A stretch of DNA of 64,000 nt from an uncultured bacterium (GCA_963786935.1 CAWBAN010000003.1:288001-352000); one strand, 5' to 3'; shown: positions 47,149 through 56,649, numbered from the stretch's first letter. Translations and numbers: made by a program. The notes: a model not told the origin generated them from the letters alone.

Positions 47149-47847
47149 ATGGACCGGCGTTTCATGGAAATATACCGGCTGCTGCGGGGCGCGTACGGGC
47201 CGCGGCGGTGGTGGCCCGTCACGCCTCCGGGCGGGACGAAGCCCCGTTACACGGGCGGCCCGCGGAGCGCGCGTCAGCGTTTCGAGGTCGCGGTCGGCGC
47301 CGTCCTCACGCAGAACACCGCGTGGACCAACGCGGCGCGCGCCGTCGAGAGCCTGAACCTCCTCGGCGCGATGAGCCCCCGCGCGATCGCTTGCTTGGAC
47401 GAGCGCGCGCTCGCCGCGGCGATCCGCCCAGCCGGCTATTTCAACCAGAAGGCGAAGCGGCTCAAGACGATCGCGCGCTCCTTCCGCGCCGGTCGCGCCG
47501 GAACGCGCGAGGGGCTGCTCGCGTTGAACGGTGTCGGCCCCGAAACGGCCGATTCGATCATGCTCTATGCGTTCGGCGAGCGGTATTTCGTCGTCGACGC
47601 CTATACGAGAAGGCTTTTCGGGCGCCTCGGGCTCGTCGGACCGTCCGATCCGTACGAGGAAATCAGGGATCGATTCGAACGGAACCTTCCGCGCCGCGTC
47701 TTCGTTTATCGGGAGTATCACGCCCTGATCGTCGAGCACGGGAAGCTCGTATGCCGAAAATTACCTATTTGTAAAAATTGTCTTTTACAAAGTATGTGTC
47801 TTATGTATCTTGAGAGAAAGGAATCGGCACCTGAGGGGACTGTGTAA
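47149..47847 (+). CDS. Endonuclease III-related HhH-GPD DNA glycosylase
   Basis: WWP, GAVLTQNTAW, IRPAGYFNQKA, GVGPETADSI, VVDAYT, C-x6-C-x2-C-x5-C Fe-S motif. Confidence 0.9.
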   Translation: MDRRFMEIYRLLRGAYGPRRWWPVTPPGGTKPRYTGGPRSARQRFEVAVGAVLTQNTAWTNAARAVESLNLLGAMSPRAIACLDERALAAAIRPAGYFNQKAKRLKTIARSFRAGRAGTREGLLALNGVGPETADSIMLYAFGERYFVVDAYTRRLFGRLGLVGPSDPYEEIRDRFERNLPRRVFVYREYHALIVEHGKLVCRKLPICKNCLLQSMCLMYLERKESAPEGTV

Positions 47848-47908
47848 GGGGATCTTCGCGGGCTCGAAGATAAGAAGGGGATGGGTGTCGATTTTTATTC
47901 CAGGGGGC

Positions 47909-47960
47909 TAAGAATAATTATTGACAGTGGAAGCTATTCCAATTAATATTAATAAGTTGG
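47909..47960 (+). promoter_or_regulatory. Sigma70 promoter overlapped by PerR/Fur-like A/T palindromes
   Basis: TTGACA(47921)-17 nt-TAATAT; AATAATTATT (47913-47922) and ATTAATATTAAT (47942-47953) palindromes. Confidence 0.7.
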
Positions 47961-47982
47961 CAGAATCCAGGAGGCAGACCAT

Positions 47983-48399
47983 ATGATCTCATTCGAGGAG
48001 ACGATCCAGAAGCTCCGCAGCGAAGGATTCAAGCTCACTCCTCAGCGGCTCGCGGTGATCAGGTACATGCTCGGCAATACCGAGCATCCATCCGCGCTCA
48101 AGATCCACAAGGAGCTGCGCCGCCGCTATCCGACGCTTTCCTTCTCGACCGTGTACAACACACTCAGCATGCTCGAGAAGATCGACGAGGTGCAGTCGCT
48201 CCACATTTTCGACGGGTATCTCAACTACGATCCGAACACCAGCCCTCATATCCACTGCTGCTGCAAGTCGTGCGGGAATATCTACGACATCATGATGGAG
48301 GGACGGGCGGACGTCATCGTGCCCCGCACGGAAATCGAGGGATTTCTCATCGATCATGTCGGTGTCGTTTTCCAGGGCACCTGCGGACGCTGCAGATAG
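47983..48399 (+). CDS. Fur-family regulator, PerR-like
   Basis: KLTPQR, HPSA, STVYNTL, YD...HIHCCCKSCG, CGRC; leads an oxidative-stress operon. Confidence 0.88.
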   Translation: MISFEETIQKLRSEGFKLTPQRLAVIRYMLGNTEHPSALKIHKELRRRYPTLSFSTVYNTLSMLEKIDEVQSLHIFDGYLNYDPNTSPHIHCCCKSCGNIYDIMMEGRADVIVPRTEIEGFLIDHVGVVFQGTCGRCR

Positions 48400-48411
48400 G
48401 GAGGAGCCCGC

Positions 48412-49029
48412 TTGATAGCTCAGGGCTGGAAGTGCTCCGTCTGCGGACACGTCGCCGTCGGTTTATTCCCTCCGGATGCATGCCCCAAGTGCAACGCCCC
48501 CCGCGAAGCCTTCAAGGCCGAGCACGAGTTCCTCTTTCCCCCCGAAGAGACCGAGGGAGTCATCAAGGCGTGCTGGAAAATCAGCTACGGGCTCTATATC
48601 GTGTCGTCCGTCTCCGGGGAGCGCGTCAACGGCCAGGTCTGCAACACGGTGTTTCAGATCACGAGCGATCCGCCGCGAATCGCGATCGGGATCAACCATC
48701 AGAACCTGACGCACGAGTTCATCGAGGCGAGCGGCGTTTTCGCGGTCTCGATCCTCGGGAACGATCATGTCAGGATGGTCAGGCGCTTCGGGTATCGCTC
48801 GGGCAGGGATTTCGACAAGTTCAAAGACGTGCCGGTGCGGATCGGACGCACGGGATGCCCGGTCCTCGAGGAGGCGCTCGGATATCTCGAATGCACGCTC
48901 GTCAAGGACCGGAAGCTCGACGCGGGGACGCACAGCGTCTTCGTCGGGGACGTGGTCGGCGGCGCGCTGTTCAAGAACGAGGAGCCGCTCACCTATGCGC
49001 GGTATCACGCGTTGAAAAGCACCGCATAG
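48412..49029 (+). CDS. Rubredoxin-like domain + flavin reductase fusion
   Basis: WKCSVCGH...CPKC then KISYGLYIV, NGQVCNTVFQIT, FGYRSGRDFDKF, GTHSVFVG. Confidence 0.88.
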   Translation: MIAQGWKCSVCGHVAVGLFPPDACPKCNAPREAFKAEHEFLFPPEETEGVIKACWKISYGLYIVSSVSGERVNGQVCNTVFQITSDPPRIAIGINHQNLTHEFIEASGVFAVSILGNDHVRMVRRFGYRSGRDFDKFKDVPVRIGRTGCPVLEEALGYLECTLVKDRKLDAGTHSVFVGDVVGGALFKNEEPLTYARYHALKSTA

Positions 49030-49099
49030 AGAATCCGGGCGGACCCGATTCCCCGGAGATTCACCGGCAATCATTCGCAGGGCGAAAGGAGCGTACGCC

Positions 49100-49591
49100 G
49101 TGGGTGGACAGACGGGAGATTTCAAGCACGTGCTCGCGGGCGCCATCTATCGCGAGATCGGCGCGCGGAATTTCTACCGGACGATTTCCGATTCCATAAA
49201 GAACGCCGAGGGGAAGGAACGGTTCGCGCGCCTCTCGGGGGACGAGGAAGGGCACCGGGTGAAGCTCGAGGGCTGGTACGGGAAGCTCTTCAAGGAGAAG
49301 TTCGTTCCCGACAAGAAAGAGCTCGCCGACGCCGAGATCAAGGGCATCCATGTCGACGAGAAGACCGGCGCGATGCAAGCGCTCGACCTCGCCATCAATG
49401 CGGAGATGAAGGCGGAGGAGTTCTACGCGCACCAGGCGGAGACGATCGAGAACGCGGAGCTCGCGAAGCTCCTCGGGCAGCTCGCCGCCGAGGAGCACGG
49501 GCACTACGAGCTCCTGCTCGCGGAGCGCGGCTCCCTGACGGGCGGCTTCTACTGGTTCGACATGGATTCGGCGCAGTTCCTCGAGGATTGA
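49100..49591 (+). CDS. Rubrerythrin/ferritin-like diiron protein
   Basis: Two E..x..FY and EExH motifs (DEEGH, EEHGH). Confidence 0.85.
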   Translation: MGGQTGDFKHVLAGAIYREIGARNFYRTISDSIKNAEGKERFARLSGDEEGHRVKLEGWYGKLFKEKFVPDKKELADAEIKGIHVDEKTGAMQALDLAINAEMKAEEFYAHQAETIENAELAKLLGQLAAEEHGHYELLLAERGSLTGGFYWFDMDSAQFLED

Positions 49592-49608
49592 AACTGACGG
49601 AGGACCGC

Positions 49609-49731
49609 ATGAAGAAGAAATGGAAATGCACGCTGTGCGGCTACATCCACACGGGGGAAACGCCCCCCGAGAAGTGCCCCGTGTGCGGCGCGTCGAGCGA
49701 TAAGTTCGTCCTCTACGTGCCGAAACGCTAA
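49609..49731 (+). CDS. Short rubredoxin-like protein (40 aa, not in ORF track)
   Basis: [47 protein letters not shown]. Confidence 0.88.
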   Translation: MKKKWKCTLCGYIHTGETPPEKCPVCGASSDKFVLYVPKR

Positions 49732-49833
49732 ATAGCTTTTCAAGCGGCTGTTTTTCATGGATACTGGGCTCGCGGGACGTTCCGGCGCGGCGAACGGCGC
49801 CGCGCGGGACGGCGCATCGAAAGGAGCATGATT

Positions 49834-49992
49834 ATGGACAAGTGGGTCTGCACGATCTGCGGTTATATCTACGATCCGGCGAAAGGCGACCGGGAAAGCG
49901 GCGTCAAGCCGGGAACGCCGTTCGAGGCGCTTCCCGACGATTGGGTATGCCCGGACTGCGGAGCTCCCAAGAGCGATTTCGAGAAGATGTAA
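49834..49992 (+). CDS. Rubredoxin (52 aa, not in ORF track)
   Basis: [27 protein letters not shown]...[19 protein letters not shown]. Confidence 0.95.
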   Translation: MDKWVCTICGYIYDPAKGDRESGVKPGTPFEALPDDWVCPDCGAPKSDFEKM

Positions 49993-50024
49993 GCGCGGTT
50001 CGAATGCAAGGAGGTTTGCGCGCG

Positions 50025-50525
50025 ATGGGTATCTCTTTCAGCGCCGATGAAGTGTTCGAAATGGCGATGGACATCGAGAAGAACGGCGAAGCGTATTACC
50101 GGAAGGCGCTGACTCTAGCGAAGAGCGCGGGCGTCAAAACGGTCCTGACCGATCTCATGGAGCAGGAGCAGCATCATTACGCCACGTTCAAGGGCCTCCG
50201 GGACAATCTTCCGCCGCGGGCGTCGCTTCCGACCGTCGCCGATCCCGAGAGCGAGGAGTATCTCTACCTCGACGCGCTCGTCAAGTCGCGGCTCTTCAAC
50301 ACGACGCGCGAGGCGGAAGCGCTCGCGGCCAAGTCCGGAAACGAGATCGAGGCGCTCAGGTCGGCCCTCGTCTTCGAGAAGGACACGGTCCTGTTCTTCC
50401 AGACGATGAAGGCGATGACGGACGAGCGGCTCGGCAGGGGAGACATCGACCGGATCATCGAGGAAGAGCATCGGCACATCGTGAGAATCTCGAAGGCGAT
50501 CAAGGAGGCTCAGGGAAAAGGCTGA
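50025..50525 (+). CDS. Ferritin-like/rubrerythrin family protein
   Basis: SD AAGGAGG; FSADEVFEMAMDIEKNG, EQHH, FEKDTVLFF, EEHRH. Confidence 0.88.
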   Translation: MGISFSADEVFEMAMDIEKNGEAYYRKALTLAKSAGVKTVLTDLMEQEQHHYATFKGLRDNLPPRASLPTVADPESEEYLYLDALVKSRLFNTTREAEALAAKSGNEIEALRSALVFEKDTVLFFQTMKAMTDERLGRGDIDRIIEEEHRHIVRISKAIKEAQGKG

Positions 50526-50532
50526 CGCTGAG

Positions 50533-52128
50533 ATGGAAAACGCGGAACGCTCTCTTTCCCGGCCGGGCGGCAGGGATCATCTCGTCATGGGCATCCTCGC
50601 GGGGGGTGCCCTTCTTTTTCGGCTCGTCTTTCTGAGCGCTCCCCGGGTGCTGACCGGCGACGAGGGGCATTACGCGGAATCGCTCTTCCGGTTCCTCCAC
50701 GGGCGCTTTCTCGACGGCGTCTCCGATTACTGGTCGTTTCTCTATCCCTTCGCGGCGATTCCCTTCGGCGCGCTCGCGCGCGACGCCGAGACGGGGCTGC
50801 GGCTCCTCTCCGCCGTCTCGGGAGCGGCGATCGTCGTCCCCACGATGCTCATCGCGCGCCGGCTCTGGGGAAGCCGCGCCGCCGTCTTCGCGGGGTTGCT
50901 CGTCGCCCTGCAGCCGAACCTCATCTCGTTCTCGACCGCCGCGATCACCGAATCGCTCTATTCATTCCTCGTCATGTGCGCGCTGCTGCTCCTCCTGCGC
51001 GGGCTCGACGGGCGCGGCGCGACGGCGTATGCGGGCGCGGGAACGCTGCTCGGCCTCGCGGCGCTCGTCCGCCCCGAGGCGATCGCGATCCTCGTTCTCT
51101 TCGCCCTCTTCGCGGCGGCGACGGGACGCGGCGAAGCGGGCGGCGCCGCCGCGCGCGCGCGCCGAACGGGCCTCATGGTTTTCTGGTTCGCCGTCGTGCT
51201 GATTCCCTATTTCATCCTGCTCCGCGCGGCGACGGGGGAGTGGTCCGCTGGTTCGAAGGCCGCCGTGAACCTGAGCTCGCCCGTCATCTGGCAGGACGAT
51301 CTCGCCCGGGAGGAGTACGTGTACAGCCTGAACGGCGAGGGAACGGCGAGGCGCATAGACGATCTCTCCCGCGAGAGCGCGCCGCGCGTGTTGTGGCGTC
51401 AGCGGGGCGCGCTCGCCTCGCGCTACGTTCCCAAGCTGGCCGCGGGCGCCGCGCTGCTCCCGCTCCTCTTCGCGAGCCCGCTCCTCCTCGTGCTCGTGCC
51501 GCTCGGCCTGATCGGCAGGCGGTGGCGCCGGGAGGATCGCGCCGCCGCATGGCTCCTGCTCGCGCTCGGGCTCTTCCCGTTCCTGTTCTATTCGCTGTTC
51601 CGCGTCGAGCTCAGATACCTCGTGCCGTATCTCCCCGTCTATCTGCTCTGGGCCGGAGCCGGATGCGACGCGCTTCTCGGCTGGTTCACCGCCCGCGTGT
51701 CGCCGAGACGCGCGGCCGCCGCTGCGCTCGCCGCGCTCATTCTCCTGAGCCTCGTGCCGTACACGGTCAATCGCTACGTCTCCCTGGCGAAATCGCAGCC
51801 GCTCGAATGGAGGCGCATCGGGCGCTTGATCGCGGAGCGCGAATCCCCCGCGCCGCGCATTCTCGCGCACTCCGGCTGCTCCGTTGGCTACTACGCGGGA
51901 AATCCGGACGCGACGTTCATCCCCTGGACCGACGCGGCCGGCCTCCTTCGCTACATGAAACATCACCGCTACGAGTATCTCGTCGTGGACGAGGAGTATT
52001 TCCGCGCGGCGCGGCCGACGCTCCGCTCGATTCTCGACGATCCGCCGCCGGAGCTGCGGAAGCTCGGCGAATTCGGGAGCGGAAGCGGCGGGAGGCTTCT
52101 CGTCTATCTCATCGAGCCGACCTTCTGA
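50533..52128 (+). CDS. GT-C glycosyltransferase (ArnT/PMT, family 39-like)
   Basis: DEGHY loop, TESLY, LVRPEA, RYLVPYLP, many TMs. Confidence 0.82.
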   Translation: MENAERSLSRPGGRDHLVMGILAGGALLFRLVFLSAPRVLTGDEGHYAESLFRFLHGRFLDGVSDYWSFLYPFAAIPFGALARDAETGLRLLSAVSGAAIVVPTMLIARRLWGSRAAVFAGLLVALQPNLISFSTAAITESLYSFLVMCALLLLLRGLDGRGATAYAGAGTLLGLAALVRPEAIAILVLFALFAAATGRGEAGGAAARARRTGLMVFWFAVVLIPYFILLRAATGEWSAGSKAAVNLSSPVIWQDDLAREEYVYSLNGEGTARRIDDLSRESAPRVLWRQRGALASRYVPKLAAGAALLPLLFASPLLLVLVPLGLIGRRWRREDRAAAWLLLALGLFPFLFYSLFRVELRYLVPYLPVYLLWAGAGCDALLGWFTARVSPRRAAAAALAALILLSLVPYTVNRYVSLAKSQPLEWRRIGRLIAERESPAPRILAHSGCSVGYYAGNPDATFIPWTDAAGLLRYMKHHRYEYLVVDEEYFRAARPTLRSILDDPPPELRKLGEFGSGSGGRLLVYLIEPTF

Positions 52129-52373
52129 TCCTCCGGGAGCCGCCCTCCTGATCGTCCGGCAGGCGGTTCGTCTTGCCCCTTATTCCTCCTCGCGGCCGGT
52201 TCTATCCGGTCTTTTCCGGTTGTTCCTCGAAATTCCCTCTTGTTGTGAATAGTTTTTGCTTGTTTCCTTCCCGAGCGACGCGATTTGCAGCTGTGATGTG
52301 CTGCCAGCGCTTTTAAATGCAATAGGTTGCGTGTGCTTGCGCTCCGCGCGGCAAGGGAACGGAGAGCCGAGAT

Positions 52374-52389
52374 TGGCTGCAATTTTGCC
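52374..52389 (+). promoter_or_regulatory. Possible sigma54 (-24/-12) promoter
   Basis: TGGCTGCAATTTTGCC with GG-N10-GC spacing; IHF-like ATGCAATAGGTTG about 50 nt upstream. Confidence 0.4.
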
Positions 52390-52480
52390 GGGTGACGGGA
52401 AGGCATACGATCTTTTTTCGGGGGGCGGAGTCTTTCGACGGCACATCGTTGACTGGATTCTCAAGCGCCGGTTCTTTGGC

Positions 52481-53371
52481 ATGAAGAGTGTGGCGCAGCG
52501 GCTCGAGGAGAACCGCCGCGCGCTCGTCGAGCACGAGCGGATCGCGCGCGAGCTCGAGATCGCGCACGAGATCCAGGCGACGCTCCTGCCGGCCTGCCTG
52601 CCGCATTTCCCCAATATCGAGATGGACGCCTATTACAACGCCGCCACCGAGGTGGGCGGCGACTACTTCGACCTCGTTCCGATCGACGAGGACCGCCTGA
52701 TGATCGTCGTCGGCGACGTGGCCGGAAAAGGGGTGCCGGGCCTCGTCATCATGGCGATGGTGCGCATCCTCGTGCGGGCGCTCGCCCGCAATCCCGAGAA
52801 GCCGGCGGAGCTCATGCGACAGCTCAACCTGCTCCTCCGGAAGGATATGAAACGCAACATGTTCGTGACGCTCTTCTGGGGCGTTCTGAACACGCGCGAC
52901 GGGAGCCTCGATTTCGCGAACGCCGGCCACATGCCCCTCATCGTCTACCGCGGCTCGCGGCGCGTCGTGGACGCGTTCCGGTCGACGGCGAAGCCGCTCG
53001 GCGCGTTTTCGGACGATATCTTCTGCCGGGGCCTCAAGGACCATCGGATCACGATCGAGCCCGGCGACTGCCTCGTGCAGTTCACGGACGGTCTGAACGA
53101 AATGCGGAACGCGGCGGGTGAGGAGTACGGCGTCGAGCGGCTCAAAGACGCGCTCGCCGCCGCGGCCGGCGGCGGCGCGCTGTACATCGTGAACGAATTG
53201 CGGCGCGATCTCGACGCGTTCCGCAGCGGCGCGCCGCAGAGCGACGATCTCACGATCGTCGTCGTCAAGGCGATGCCGGCGGACGCCGCGCGACGGCGTC
53301 CCGAACGGAAGAAAACGGCGGAGGGGATTCCCGCTCCCGAAGAGAGCCCGGCCGCGGCAGGTGCGATATGA
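52481..53371 (+). CDS. SpoIIE/RsbU-type PP2C serine phosphatase (start uncertain)
   Basis: ELEIAHEIQ, EVGGDYFD, GDVAGKG, MFVT, NAGH, FTDGL, SDDLT. Confidence 0.9.
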   Translation: MKSVAQRLEENRRALVEHERIARELEIAHEIQATLLPACLPHFPNIEMDAYYNAATEVGGDYFDLVPIDEDRLMIVVGDVAGKGVPGLVIMAMVRILVRALARNPEKPAELMRQLNLLLRKDMKRNMFVTLFWGVLNTRDGSLDFANAGHMPLIVYRGSRRVVDAFRSTAKPLGAFSDDIFCRGLKDHRITIEPGDCLVQFTDGLNEMRNAAGEEYGVERLKDALAAAAGGGALYIVNELRRDLDAFRSGAPQSDDLTIVVVKAMPADAARRRPERKKTAEGIPAPEESPAAAGAI

Positions 53372-54468
53372 AGATCGAATCGATCGATTGCGCTACGTTC
53401 GCCGTCGGCGTGAGCTTCGATGCCGGCGAGGGGCTGCGCATTCCCGTCCGGCTCGCGAGCCTCATCATGACAGCCGCGGAGTGCGAGATTCCCTCGATCG
53501 TCTGCGTCCTTCCCGACGGGCTTCCGCCGATGGTTCGCGACGCGTGCGCCCGGCTCGCCGCCTGCAATCCGATCGTTGCGATCAAGCCGTCGATCCCGCG
53601 GGATGCCGGCTTGGTCGAGCCGAAACGCTACATGGTCGGCAAGGGGAGCGCGTTCTTCTGCCTCGGGAACGTCGAAAACGACGGAGCGTATTCGCTCTTC
53701 CTGATCGGCAGAGAGGACAACGTCGAGCGCGCGTCGCGCTTCGCGCATGTCATCGCGGTCGCGCTCGGCTATACGAGCGATTTCTCGTTCGAGATCCGTC
53801 TCAGCGTCTACGAGCTCCTCATGAACATCGTCGAGCACGGGATCGAATCGAGCGCGAACGAATGGATCCAGGTCGATCTCGATCGGGAGGGGGACATGCT
53901 CGTTCTCTCGGTCATCGATCAGGGCGTCGCGTTCGATCCCTCGGGGGGATCGCAATTCGATCTCCAGGAGCACATCGACGCGCGCAGGACGCGGGGGCTC
54001 GGGCTCATCATGACGCGCCGCATCGCGGAGCAGCTCATTCATCATCGGGTGTCCGGTTATAACAAAACGCTCATGAAGAAATCGATATGGTCCCGCAGCT
54101 CGGTGCTGCGGGATGGAAAGGAGTCATCGATGGCGCAGTTCGAAATCAGCGGTCCGGCGCCCCTCGGCAACGGATCGCACGGTTTGACGCTCAGCGGCGA
54201 TCTCGACGCCAAAGGGGCGCTCGTCATGGAGCGGATGATCGGGACGCTGCTCGAGAAGAAGATGCTCCGGGTGACACTCGACTTCGAGAAGGTCTCGTTC
54301 ATATCGAGCGCCGGCGTCGGCATTCTCCTCGGGCTCGTCTCGTCCATGCGGGACGGCGGCGGAGACGCCGTATTCACGCATGTGCCGCCCAAGGTGAGCT
54401 CGGTGTTCCAGCTCCTCAATCTCGAGGATTATTTCACCATCGGCGATTCCGTCGCCGCGGGTCGGTAG
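53368..54468 (+). CDS. RsbW-like Ser kinase (HATPase_c) fused to STAS anti-anti-sigma domain
   Basis: ELLMNIVEHG, DQGVAFDP, RGLGL; then LSGDLD...FISSAGVG...VFQLLNL. Confidence 0.85.
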   Translation: MKIESIDCATFAVGVSFDAGEGLRIPVRLASLIMTAAECEIPSIVCVLPDGLPPMVRDACARLAACNPIVAIKPSIPRDAGLVEPKRYMVGKGSAFFCLGNVENDGAYSLFLIGREDNVERASRFAHVIAVALGYTSDFSFEIRLSVYELLMNIVEHGIESSANEWIQVDLDREGDMLVLSVIDQGVAFDPSGGSQFDLQEHIDARRTRGLGLIMTRRIAEQLIHHRVSGYNKTLMKKSIWSRSSVLRDGKESSMAQFEISGPAPLGNGSHGLTLSGDLDAKGALVMERMIGTLLEKKMLRVTLDFEKVSFISSAGVGILLGLVSSMRDGGGDAVFTHVPPKVSSVFQLLNLEDYFTIGDSVAAGR

Positions 54469-54503
54469 AACCGGAACGCATCGAGGAAGGCACGGCGTCG
54501 CGC

Positions 54504-55880
54504 ATGGCTCTCAACCACGAAAGAACGCTCGCGGATCCCCGGGGGATCGATGCCCAGCTCGAACGGCAGCGGCTGACCTTCGAAGCGATCTTCCGCCTCG
54601 TCGAGAAGCTCGGGACGACCTTCGACGTGAGCAAGATCGCGAGCCTGTTCCTCATGACGCTCATGGGGCAGCTCAAGCTGCGCCGGGTGTCGCTCTATCT
54701 CGTCGTGCCGGAGACGAACCGTCTCGAGCCGTATCGTTCGCTCGGAGTCGCCGGCGGCGCCGCGTTCCCGAGCCTGCCCGCCGAGGGCGGCTTCCTGCGC
54801 TGGCTCGTCGAGACGAACGGGCCGGCGGCACTGGACGAATTCTGCGTCGGAAACGACCGCGCGGCGGACGAGGAGGAGGAGACGATCCGGGCCCTCGCCC
54901 GCACGGGATTCTCCCACGCGATCGCCCTCTCGGAGCAGGGGGATCTCCTCGGAGCGCTTCTCTACAGCGGCTCCGTCACCGGAGAGGCGTTCAGCGCCTT
55001 CGACGAGGAGATCATCAAGATGCTCGCGCGCGTCGCCTCGATGACGGTCAAGAACGCGTTTCTCTATCAAACGGCGGTCGCGTCGAAGCTCGAGCTCGAA
55101 CGGTTCGCCGAAGCGAAACGCGAATTCATCATGCATACGTCCCACGAGCTGCGAACCCCTCTCACCGTTCTCAAGAGCGCCCTCTGGTCGCTCGATCCCG
55201 ATGAGGTCGACGAGAGCGTGCTCGTCGATATGGCCAAGGGCGCGATCGAGCGGCTCGAGGAGAAGGTGGCTTATCTCCTTTCGCTCAACGATATCGAGCT
55301 CAACACGACCGATTTCAGGCTCGAGCAGACCGAGGTGTCGTCGATCGTGGAGGATGTCCTGCGCGAGATGCTGCCGGAGCTCGAGGAAAAGAACGTGCGC
55401 GTCGACGTCGACGACCGGGCGCGGTTCCGGAAGGCGTTCATCGATGCCGGCAAGATCAGGATCGTCGTGCGCAGCATCCTCGACAACGCGGTCAATTTCG
55501 TCCGCCAGGGCGGCAATATCGGGATCACGATCTACGTGTCGGAGAATCCTCCCCGGAGCGAGGAGGGGGTGGCGATCGGCGGGCGCCTCTCGAGCGGGTC
55601 GGAGCGCGGCGTCCGGCGCGGGCGGCAGGCGATGGCCGGCTCGTCCTATATCGTCATCCGGGTGAAGGACGACGGCATCGGCATTCCCGATTCGGAAATC
55701 GAGTGCATCGCCGAGCCGTTCACGATGGCGTCGAATTCGAGCAACCGGAACGTCAAGGGGCTCGGGATCGGGCTCGCGGTTTCACACAAGGTCATTTCGG
55801 GGCACGGCGGCGCTATCTTTTGCAGGAGCAATCTGGGCGAGGGCGCGCAGTTTTCCATCTGGATTCCGCTCGACGCCTGA
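54504..55880 (+). CDS. GAF-domain sensor histidine kinase
   Basis: SHELRTPL (H box), LDNAVNF, DDGIGI, GLGIGL. Confidence 0.9.
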   Translation: MALNHERTLADPRGIDAQLERQRLTFEAIFRLVEKLGTTFDVSKIASLFLMTLMGQLKLRRVSLYLVVPETNRLEPYRSLGVAGGAAFPSLPAEGGFLRWLVETNGPAALDEFCVGNDRAADEEEETIRALARTGFSHAIALSEQGDLLGALLYSGSVTGEAFSAFDEEIIKMLARVASMTVKNAFLYQTAVASKLELERFAEAKREFIMHTSHELRTPLTVLKSALWSLDPDEVDESVLVDMAKGAIERLEEKVAYLLSLNDIELNTTDFRLEQTEVSSIVEDVLREMLPELEEKNVRVDVDDRARFRKAFIDAGKIRIVVRSILDNAVNFVRQGGNIGITIYVSENPPRSEEGVAIGGRLSSGSERGVRRGRQAMAGSSYIVIRVKDDGIGIPDSEIECIAEPFTMASNSSNRNVKGLGIGLAVSHKVISGHGGAIFCRSNLGEGAQFSIWIPLDA

Positions 55881-55908
55881 TTCGATATTCGAACCGAGGG
55901 GGAAGAGA

Positions 55909-55941
55909 AACCGGGCGGCGCTCTTCGAGGGCCGCCCGGTT
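55909..55941. terminator. Bidirectional terminator hairpin
   Basis: AACCGGGCGGC...GCCGCCCGGTT stem between convergent genes. Confidence 0.7.
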
Positions 55942-55983
55942 CGATTTCCGATTCGTTCGCGCCCGGTGCGCGTCAGGGATCGT

Positions 55984-56649
55984 CTACTTCTTCGGAGCGC
56001 CTTCCGCCGGCTTCGGCGCGGGTTCCGCCTGCTTCTCCGGCGCGATCCTGGTCATCGATTCGATGATGATGGGCTTCTCCGGAACGTTCTGGTGCAGACC
56101 CTTGTTCCCCGTCTTGACGCCCGCGATCTTGTCGACCACGTCCATGCCCTGCACGACCTTGGCGAACACGGCGTAGCCGTACTGCGCGTCGCTCACGTGG
56201 TCGAGGGATGCGTTGTTCTTCAGGTTGACGAAGAACTGGCTCGTGGCGCTGTTGACCTCATTCGTGCGGGCCATGGAGAGCGTTCCCCGCAGATTCTTGA
56301 GGCCGTTCTTCGCCTCGTTCTGTATCGAGGCGAGCGTGGACTTCTGCATCATGTTCTTGTCGAATCCGCCGCCCTGAATGACGAAGCCGGGCATCACGCG
56401 GTGAAATATCGTTCCGTCGTAAAATTTCTTGTCGACGTAACCGAGAAAATTCTTCACGGTGATCGGAGCTTCCTTCGGGAACAGCTCGATCTTGAATGAC
56501 CCCATGCTCGTTTTTACCAAAACCATCGGATTCTCCGTCTTTATTGCCGGGTCTCCGGCCTTCACCTGGGCGCAGAGGGATCCGGCTCCCACGAACGATA
56601 CCGCTAACACGCCTAATAGTATAACCAGCAACAGATTAACCGGTTTCAT
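55984..56649 (-). CDS. ppiA: Periplasmic cyclophilin-type peptidyl-prolyl isomerase
   Basis: APITVKNF, FHRVMPGFVIQGGG, MART...SATSQFFVN, GYAVF; signal peptide. Confidence 0.93.
   Translation of the reverse strand: MKPVNLLLVILLGVLAVSFVGAGSLCAQVKAGDPAIKTENPMVLVKTSMGSFKIELFPKEAPITVKNFLGYVDKKFYDGTIFHRVMPGFVIQGGGFDKNMMQKSTLASIQNEAKNGLKNLRGTLSMARTNEVNSATSQFFVNLKNNASLDHVSDAQYGYAVFAKVVQGMDVVDKIAGVKTGNKGLHQNVPEKPIIIESMTRIAPEKQAEPAPKPAEGAPKK

Noticed and set aside
47768..47791. Naming the palindrome a Rex or TyrR box
   Set aside because: Spacer is longer than either consensus; kept only as an unassigned palindrome.
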